From Trichoplax adhaerens (Eukaryota; Animalia; Placozoa): DNA of 64,000 bases. How positions within the stretch are numbered: the first letter of the stretch is position 1; each line of letters opens with the position of its first letter. The stretch is from NCBI RefSeq assembly GCF_000150275.1, contig NW_002060947.1, forward strand, positions 6,587,648 to 6,651,647, written 5' to 3'. Below, in pieces: positions 54,869 through 64,000 of this stretch. The notes under the pieces were generated by a model. That model ran no database searches and was not told the origin of the DNA. It worked only from the letters and a program-made list of their open reading frames with translations. The position numbers and the translations under genes were made by a program.

Positions 54869-55109
54869 CGATCACTAAAGCTTCTACATTTTCTATCTTT
54901 CCGTTTGACTTTAGCATTTTTCTACCATCAAATCACGTCGGATAAATAATTTTGTTTATGATTCTAATACCCAAAAATGAAACGTCTGTCACGTCGATCA
55001 CTAAAGCTTCTACATTTTCTATCTTTCCGTTTGACTTTAGTATTTTTCTACCATCAAATCACGTCGGATAAATAATTTTGTTTATGATTCTAATACCCAA
55101 AAATGAAAC
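54869..55109. repeat. Near-perfect tandem duplication, 2 copies of about 115 bp
   Basis: cgatcactaaagcttctacattttctatc...atacccaaaaatgaaac starts at 54869 and 54995. An older related copy lies near 54640-54800. Confidence 0.92.
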
Positions 55110-55745
55110 ATCTATTCTTGGGCTCTAGCCAATATAGACAAAGCTAAGAGTAGTCTGCTGATTTTTTCCAGCAATAAATCCTGCTGTTAACTGTACATCT
55201 AGGTCTATTGTAGTCCGCACAATTTCTATCTTTCCATGTGCTGTAGTATGCATATGCTAAATGGATAGCTTTGATATTTTATCATCTCGTGATGGTTATT
55301 ACACACTTTCTCTACATACTTAAATTATAATCGGTTGTCCATAGACGATAAGTCAAGTTTAAGCTTGGCACTGTTATCGAGCTTAGAATAACTAGATTGT
55401 ATTCCATTACTTTCCTGAATAAAACGTTATGTATTACGGTATTTAGTTACACTTTTAGAGTAGATATCTTTCTATGTGAATTCCTGGTCATTATTTATTA
55501 AGCCTATTTGCCGAATATCATCTCGAAATTACAGAAGTTAATCCTAAACATTTAGCTCTTATGCGATAATATGCGTTCTTGAAGAAAACTCATGTTAGAT
55601 CAGAATACCATCTCTATAGTGCTTGCAAATTTAAGTTGTATACTTTAACCATTAATGGCATATAATCCCAATTCACCATAATGGGAACTCATTTCAGAGC
55701 AACTATCATTATAAATTGTCAAATTAAGTTCTTCTATCGCATTCA

Positions 55746-58700
55746 ATGGACGGATTATCCTATTTGTACAACTGTAGTATTGAAGTACCTCTTATTACCA
55801 ATCTTATAAAAGAGATTGATCGCTTGAATAAGGACAAATTGAAGTCGGACATTAAGGGAATAAAATCTACAAATCAATCCAAAGATTTATCTCTTAATGT
55901 AAATCGTAAAATTGTAAAATTTAGCTATAGTAGAATGACGTCCAACCCTACTAAAAATGAAGAATAATGGCATTAAAATTTTATTAGATCAATCTTATGA
56001 GAATTTCACTATTGTCACCAACTATTACGTCAAATTATTTGAAGATAGGCTATGATTCGATAGCAAATCGATTAATTATTGATATATTGAAGATACCGTT
56101 AGTAATTATTGCTGTTCTATTTCATATGACTTGTCATATTGCTAGCAAAAGATCCGTTCAGTCTTTCTTTCCAATAAAACGTTGGGTTTACCCGACAGAC
56201 TTATATCTTCCCATCAGATCCAGAACTTATTGAAAGTAAGTCAACTTCTATAGCTGAATAAAATTGCTACATCTATCCATAAGTAATCGGTTTTACTGTT
56301 GCGGTATTTTAATATCATGATTGATGTTAGCGATTTAGGTAGCTTATGCTAGCTGTGAGATATTAATTATATCTAGTATCTACTAATTATTTAATAAGTA
56401 CCTTATACATATTATTTAAATTTTTAAAATCTAACTCCTATAGATTTTAAAGAGTCCGCTTTCCCCCGATTCATTATTAGCCACTGTTCAATGTGTTAGG
56501 TAGCCAAATGATGGAAATAATACAATTAAGAACGAGTATAGATGTACAATTATGAAAATTTCATATTTTTCTGTTATATAAATGTTTTAAAATGTGAATA
56601 TTATGCAAATTTACACTATTCTATTTCCTGTCATGGCTGTAATATAGACGTAGTATTGAAACTGATGAAATCGAAGACCAGCTACTTAGGTAAATTTATA
56701 TCATAACATCATTTCCATCTATTGATAAGTATGAGTATGCACACATTGTTGATGGCCATCAATAATAAATTTAATAAGGATTTTGGTAGGACATTTATTA
56801 TATAGGTCACGTTTAAATCATAACCTATGGCTGATGTATTGATATCTTTTCATAACTCTCATCTTATACCTTTCTATACTAGAATACTGTAGTAATTTGT
56901 AAAAAAATCTATAGCATACTGTATATGAATTGGAGCTTAGCATAATTAGTAAGTTTAATGATGCTATAGTTGTATAATTTTAAAAATCCAATCTGTTCAA
57001 AATATTATAATATCTACAATGTAGGTATAATTTCTAAGTGGGTTACGTAAAAGATACGACCTGTAGTCCGAATATCTAAAATCATTTTCTTAACGATTAT
57101 CATTTTACTAATTTTAGCATCAGAATTCGATAAAATAGGAACGTAGTAAATATCTACTACCTTAATAAAATTGTAGTTGAAATAATATTAAACTCCATAT
57201 CTAATGTTATTATTTTAATTAAAAGAGCACAACTAATCGAAGAATTACTAAAATGCATGCATCGGATTGATAAGTAAGCATACATGATCGATTATAAAGT
57301 TATAATGTTGTATAACCATCTCAATGATAGTCAAATGATGATAGATTTTCATTGCAAACACTATCTTATTCCTCCTTATAATGATATTTATTGGTATCAA
57401 TAATTGTGGGATATAATTGTGAACTATAGGATAGTTAAATTCTCATTTAGCAAATATCCTGTCCTATTTTATTAAGCTATCTAACATTATCCTAAATCTA
57501 TCTCTTGCGTTAGTTGTAATTTCGAGATTCAGTGTGAGGTATTCCTCATGATTAAACCTGTAATAAGACAAGAAAGAATAGCCTTCAAAAATGCAGGTAG
57601 TGATTTTGTTTATAAGATATTTATTTTCCTAAAGTGCTGTTAATTCTATCTACTCGTAAATTAACCGGTCAATATCAATTTAAGATAATCCATTGCTATA
57701 TATAACGAGAACATAACAAATTGTCTCTTCGACTTTAGATGGGATGTCTATTGCGGTAGAGTTGCTCTCTTCTCCATCTCTAGAAGTGGTTACTTCTGTC
57801 TGCAGCGCTATTGAATCCATATCATATGATGTCTATATTCACGATAACAGTTTATTAAGAAAACTGATCAACATAATCTTCTTTCACAATCATAATGTGA
57901 GTTCATCAATAATATCGAAATTTTTAAGGCGTTTTCTTGCTGTCTAGCTATTAGGAACAAAATCAATAAGTTTTTTTGTCTTGTTTGTATGAATCATTCC
58001 TTAAAATTTACTGTTACTTTTTTGTAGTTGTCAATTTTTTACAAATGAATATTTCAGTAGTTAACAATTAATAACTATATGTTTTGTCTAATTTGCGTCA
58101 CTGAAAGCTAAAATTTGTGCAGTAAAGACATTATTTACCCATAAAAGGAAAATGATAATTCAATCTAAATCGTTTAAAGCGGTTGATGATATGAAATGTT
58201 AGCTACGATACAGCTATAAACCAAACTGTTCTTTTATGTAGTTACCACTGCTAGATATAATAAGCTCTATGGTAAGACATATTAATATGAAAACTAGAAG
58301 ATTAACCAAAAAATTTGTGCTAGAGGTAAGTAAGGACACTATTATGTCGAAGTAAATTTCTAAGTTCATTACGATATAATCGACGTACAATAAATTAAAG
58401 GTTTAAAGACGGTATTAAGCCTATAATTATACTGTTCTGTTTCGATTATAATACGCTCATCATATGTAATCATCATAGATGATTCCTCTCCTTCGAGAAC
58501 TGTTATGGTGCTCAAGCACTCAGGTAGATAAGTAGATAAACAATTAGTTTTACAACTATCATTATCGGTACCCGTTTTTTAAATCAATTATGGTAAAAGT
58601 AGATAACGTTACATTCCGTTTAGACCCTCAAATATGCTATTAGTAAGACTAATATTTAAAACTAGTAGTGATATTGGCAACAATAATTATAACTTTATGA

Positions 58701-61113
58701 CATAGTAAATGATCTAATAATTCGTTTGTTTCAGACTGTACACAACTTGTGTATCATAATCGACCATTACAGCAATATTGCTTATGCAGATAGTGCGATT
58801 GAAAAGGTAATCTATACTAGGCCTCAGAATACTATAATAATCTTCTGTCTACATCAACTTAATGCTATTCTTAAGCCATTAGGATAGCATATACCATATC
58901 TTTACCAGCACTAACAATCCAATTGATTATTGATATTATCTTATTTGCCAGATACTAATGCCTCATTCCTTTCTATAACATCTTTTATAAGATGATTTTT
59001 GATAGTACTTTTATTATGCATGTTATTTCCATGACAGAATCTCCATGTGAATCGTTAAGGGTAAATTAAACATATCTAGAGCCACAATATAAAATGGATA
59101 ATAATCCTCTGTAGTAGGTGGGTCTGCTAACCATTTCTTCTGAATATTTCTAATAGGAAGCTGCTTTAATGACAATTTCTAGCTTAATTAATGGTCCATT
59201 GCAAGGCATTTCTTTAGAAGAACGTAAAAGAAGAATTAAGGTAAGTGGCCGTACTTATTATCAAGAAAAGAGAGTGAACTACTTGTAACATTAACCAACC
59301 GAATGCTGGCTACATAATTATATCTTATTTTTGCTTCTATGCATATATGTATAGACGGTAATCGATTATGGTATTGTTCGATATATAAAACCGAAATTTT
59401 TCGAAGATTCCGATAAGGCATTTTCATGGGTATATCATAATCTATTCAAATTAAGTTTAGAATAATTTAAAACTGACTGCTTGCAGCTAAAAATTAAGCT
59501 AATAAATAATTACAATATCAATCAATATTTAGACAACCTCATCGCTTCTAAAAGCTATTGCAGCAAGCGAATATCGACAGGTAGAATTATAGGACTTAGA
59601 AATTTCTTACAGTGGTGATCACACGTATTTCGGTCTATTGCAATAATTATTCTTGTATGGGATATCAAAAGCGAAAGCTTTCACGTCATGTCATAATTTT
59701 CTGCTCCTTTATTTCTGATACAGGATTTAATTGATTGTGGAATTATCACCAGAATCATTGAATTAACTGTAAAGGTATTAATCTCTCAATTTTATTTTAT
59801 GGAATACAATATCTAATTATACAACTGTACGACAATATTCTACGCGCTTTGATGGAAGCATTCTTGACAGAAGCTTTGTCGAGCGCGACTATAATCGCTT
59901 TTGGTCATAACTGCTTTAGTAACTTAAAGAGACTGTAAGATCAAAAGTAATAAGCCTTTTCAATTCTTCTTGATTAAGGGCGACAAATTATTTGGTAAAT
60001 TTCCCGCAAATGCCGCACGTCAGATTTTTTCAGAATACGCTGTACACGGGAGTAAAGAACAGGTAGAGAATTACCGAATATTAATCAAATCATTGATTTG
60101 TAGGATTATTTTTTAATTACTAATGCCCCAATTTTGTATATCAATCTCAGGGCATACCTAGCAATAATGACATATGATATTAATATATGATGTTAACTAG
60201 AAAATTTCGTTGCATATTCGTCAAATTATAGAAACTATTTTTAGCACGAAAGGGTGCTATTATTTTGTTTTGCAACCAAATAAGAGAGAAGTATCAATCG
60301 AGAGTGGTAAGAAATATTTTAATAATGTTATGTGTTTAAAATATGATAATAAATCAGCCTTTGCTTATTGATAAATTCGTACAGCAGAACTCTCCACCTG
60401 AATTTAATTATATCACCCTAATCTATTATTAATATAAAATGGTACAATTTAGGAGTTGGAGGAATGTGCACTTGGAGCTCTTAAACTCTTTCAGGTACGC
60501 AAGATTAAATAATGATAGTAAAATGAAAAGACTTTTTCTATAATTGTAATGTTTAAGTATATCGCAACAATACTATCTAATCTTGATATTTCTTCCAGTA
60601 TTACCCTATCCTTTTTAGACTAATCATTTTCTAATATGACGTAATTAATTTTTTTAGGCGATTGATGAAAGCTCTGATTTGCAAATTATACATAATCAAC
60701 TTGAAGAAATCAACGGTTTGAGACGTAAAATTATAAATTAGCACGTGCACATAAACAATTTACTATAATTGAGATGGGACCATTCACAGTTAATAAAGTA
60801 GTATAGTCTGAATGTATATGTAAATTTATATCTATTAATGGATAGATTTTAAAAGTATTACAACTTGAACATCGATTTAGGAATGAAGAAACTAGATTTC
60901 ATTATCAACCGTATACGTGGGGACAAGTTTGAAGAAGCAAAATGCCGTATTAAAAGCTTACTTGATCTATTTTCTACTCATTTTCAAAACTTATCAATTC
61001 ATAATAGTTCAGCAAATTTACCGAAAAATCTTAGCTTACAAAATTTACCCAGTCTTCATGGCACACAACATTTACCAAGTCGTAATAGTGTGCAAAATTT
61101 AGCATCATATTAA
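55746..61113 (+). CDS. Highly divergent importin-alpha-like ARM-repeat protein with many short exons
   Basis: Spliced pieces: LLATVQCVR|RSIETDEIEDQLLR|AQLIEELLKCMHRID|CNFEIQCE (compare QLQATQAARKLLS..AGLIPKFV..IQFE); DGMSIAVELLSSPSLEVVTSVCSAI; LIDCGIITRIIEL; AARQIFSEYAVHGSKEQ|KLFLARKGAI (compare GT.EQI.YLV..G.I); QLEEING|MKKLD (compare IEECGGLDKI). The 5' end and one internal exon (about 58950-59060) are uncertain. Confidence 0.7.
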
Positions 61114-62186
61114 GTGATTACTGATAAATTTAATTATCGTTACCGAAAGCCACTACTACTGTATGATCAATCTGAAAGATTGCAATTTTTAGCAAATTGT
61201 ATATATACACATTTGCTTGTTTCATTTGTAGCTATTCATTTGGTTATTGCTGTGCATCCATATTATATCGGTAAATATATATGTTTTAGACTTAACTGAT
61301 TAATGCTTATTATTAAAATAAGCAAAAATAAACGAAGCTCTTTCATGCACTTAATAAAAATTCTATCTAAACTATTGATATTTTTAATGACCGAAATTTA
61401 TTTGATCTGACATTTGCTTTCGCTATAAACATCTATATCCTATGTAATTCAATAAAGGGCATGAAACCCACATAATAAATGTACGTTTATTTGAATTTCT
61501 TCCACTGAATGATTCTCGCAATATGCCAAAATTAGTAAAGAGATAGCTCTCTTAAGCAGCTTTTAGTCACTATAACAAGATTTAGATTTTAATATCATAG
61601 CGTAAGGATACGTAACGTTAGTAGAACGTAGGAAAGTAATTTTATTTTATCTTCAGCTATTTAGGACAGCGATACGAAGGATTTCGTAACAGTTTTTGAT
61701 CGTTCCAATTAAATGCGATAGTTTCTATGTTCTCTAGATCTAGGTAGGGTGTGACTAAAAGTATATACTGGCTGTACTTGTATAATACCATGGATATAGA
61801 AAATAACAAGTAGATAAATCCAGCGAAACTATAATTACATTCAACCTTGAACTAACATTCTGTTCATATACATATAGATTAGAAAGAAAGAAAATGGAAG
61901 GTAATGTGCTAATGCGATAAAAAACATTTCTACGAGTAGCTGAATTTAATTTTTTATAAATAACAATATTCAAGTACAATTTTGAGTATTTGAAACGAAT
62001 TATTAAAATCGAACTGTATTAAACATGCACGTATAGCAATATAACGCCATGTACGCATATTTGAATTAGCATCAATAATATTTATTTTACATCCTATACT
62101 CTATAGAGTCTATAACAATAAATATGGATAATCAATATACGCGTATGCTATCGAAACTAAAATTTTTTGATCAGCGCTAAAATGAG

Positions 62187-64000
62187 TTAACGATTTCGGA
62201 CGCTTAGTTTTAGTTCTATGTTCGTGTCTGGTGTAGCAATAAACTTGTTTATCATTCCCACTTCTACTTTATTTAAGCATTCGATTTCAAATTCTGACAC
62301 CATCTGTATAAATATTGCATTAATGCCGTTATCAGTATAAACTATCGCAAAGTTATGAATATCAGAGATTTGAAATTTTTCAGTAGAGCAGTTTTAGCCG
62401 ATAGTAAACAAGATATTACCCTTGCAACCAAAATTTGCATTTCAAGTTCCGCAATTCGACGTCCTATACACATTCGTGGCCCGAAGCCAAATGGAATATA
62501 GTTGAATGAGTTGGTCTGACGGTTAGAAACTGATCGGATCCATCTTTCGGGCTTAATTTTATTGGGTTCTTCATAGATTGTTTCATCAAAAGACATCGTA
62601 TAGTGTCCAACAGAAACTAGTGTCTACAAATGATAATTATAATCATGTCGTTGGAATATGTATTACTTCTAACTAATGAATGCTACTATCTTCTCTATAA
62701 TGCAAGAATTTACAGTTGTAAATTTTATGCTAGCTATCAAGCTATACGGAGAATACTATAAAGGAGCAAATATTGACAAGTGTAATAGAGCATACGTTAG
62801 CTGGAACTTGATATCCACTTAATACAAGGTTCTGTTGTAGTTCCCGAGCGGTGAAGATTACTACAGGATATATTCTAAAAGAATTTTAGTTAGAAATACT
62901 TCTTAAATCTGCAAATTATAAATGAAGACATACAACCTCTGAACTTCCTTTATTAGTCCTCTTAAATATGGCATATTTTGAATCGCTTGAAAGTCTGGTT
63001 GTTCACCCTTCTTCACGTTACTTTGAATTTCTTCATAAATTCGTTCTTGTATGTTTTTATGTTTCCCCAGTACATAAAACGCCCATAATACTGTGTTAGC
63101 TGACTAGAAAAATGGAAACATGATGTAAATGATACTGTTATTGTATATATCCTATCTTCATTGATTATAAGTATGATATGTTCAACCATAAATCAGGAAT
63201 CTACAGATCGCAAATTATGTAATTTTTATCTTATCCTTATAGAATTTTGTCAAGGGTTATCGCAAATAAATCCTAATCTATTCTCATCTAGTGTAGTACG
63301 ACATACCAATACCACGTATATTGGTATTATAAGACTTACGGTATCTACAGCTGCCGTCATGAGTTCTATCAGGTTACTAGCAATTTCTTCATCAGTTAAT
63401 TCTCCACGAAGTAAAATGTACGGTAAAAATTCCAAATCATTGAGACGACTTGGACTAGTGGTCCTGTCGATATCAATTCCTTTTCCATCATTCAATGCCT
63501 GGCGTGCCTCGTTAATTAGCTGGCCACCAACCTCGAATAAAGTATCCCAATAACCACAATATTGTTTCCAATATTTAGTCTTTATGTATTTATAATAAGG
63601 AGGATAGAATAAGAGTTCATTGGTTGCATTCAACATTTTTAGAACATTATCGTAGAAAATGGCGGCAATCGGTGTCGGAGGATCATTGAATGCACCAAGA
63701 CTTTTACTGAATAAAACAGTATTGATAGCTTGAAAAAATAACCAAAGAGCATGAAATTGTAGAAGATTGCATCAACTTACTAAATACACCAAACTGTAAA
63801 GTGCAATATTTTTAATTGGCTATTTGAATCCCTTTCATTGATATTAACATTTATAGTTATGGACTAGAGTTGAGAGCTAACGACTTAGCCAGGAAACTAT
63901 CTACCGTAGGCAATGTACTATACTTACTTTCGAAAGACCACTTGAATAAATAATTTCTAATATTGCTCATTTCTCCAGTAGCATGATCTCCAGTCCATTC
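62187..64000 (-). CDS. Mitochondrial-clan cytochrome P450 (CYP27/24/49-like), 3' portion; 5' end beyond the window
   Basis: I-helix ELMTAAVDT, K-helix YLRGLIKEVQRIYP, LSGYQVPA, KPERW, and heme motif PFGFGPRMCIGRRIAELEMQ. The last exon ends LSVRNR* at 62187. Confidence 0.93.

Overview
AT-rich eukaryotic (animal) genomic DNA with short GT-AG introns and two assembly gaps. Composition and gene architecture suggest a compact basal-metazoan genome, possibly a placozoan such as Trichoplax (inference only). The ORF track misses most genes because they are spliced, so I rebuilt them by hand from splice sites. Left to right: (1) a minus-strand tandem family of IRAK/Pelle-type pseudokinases, two complete plus the 5' end of a probable third; each starts with a Cys cluster and an ExxxLL motif, and the complete copies lack a death domain and have HRD->HNN and DFG->HGG; (2) a DELE1-like SEL1-repeat gene (+) convergent with RFC3 (-); (3) an apparently intron-containing Sola-type transposase-derived gene with one catalytic D->N change and one in-frame TAA; (4) NDFIP (+), with a 163-bp duplication that creates a candidate new PPxY cassette exon, convergent with a minimal SPR-domain-only Sprouty (-); (5) about 12 kb with no recognisable coding sequence; (6) a very divergent importin-alpha-like ARM gene (+); (7) the 3' half of a mitochondrial-clan cytochrome P450 (-). 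Local 100-430 bp tandem duplications are frequent. The DELE1-NDFIP-Sprouty linkage mirrors human 5q31.3. Exon boundaries are manual and approximate.
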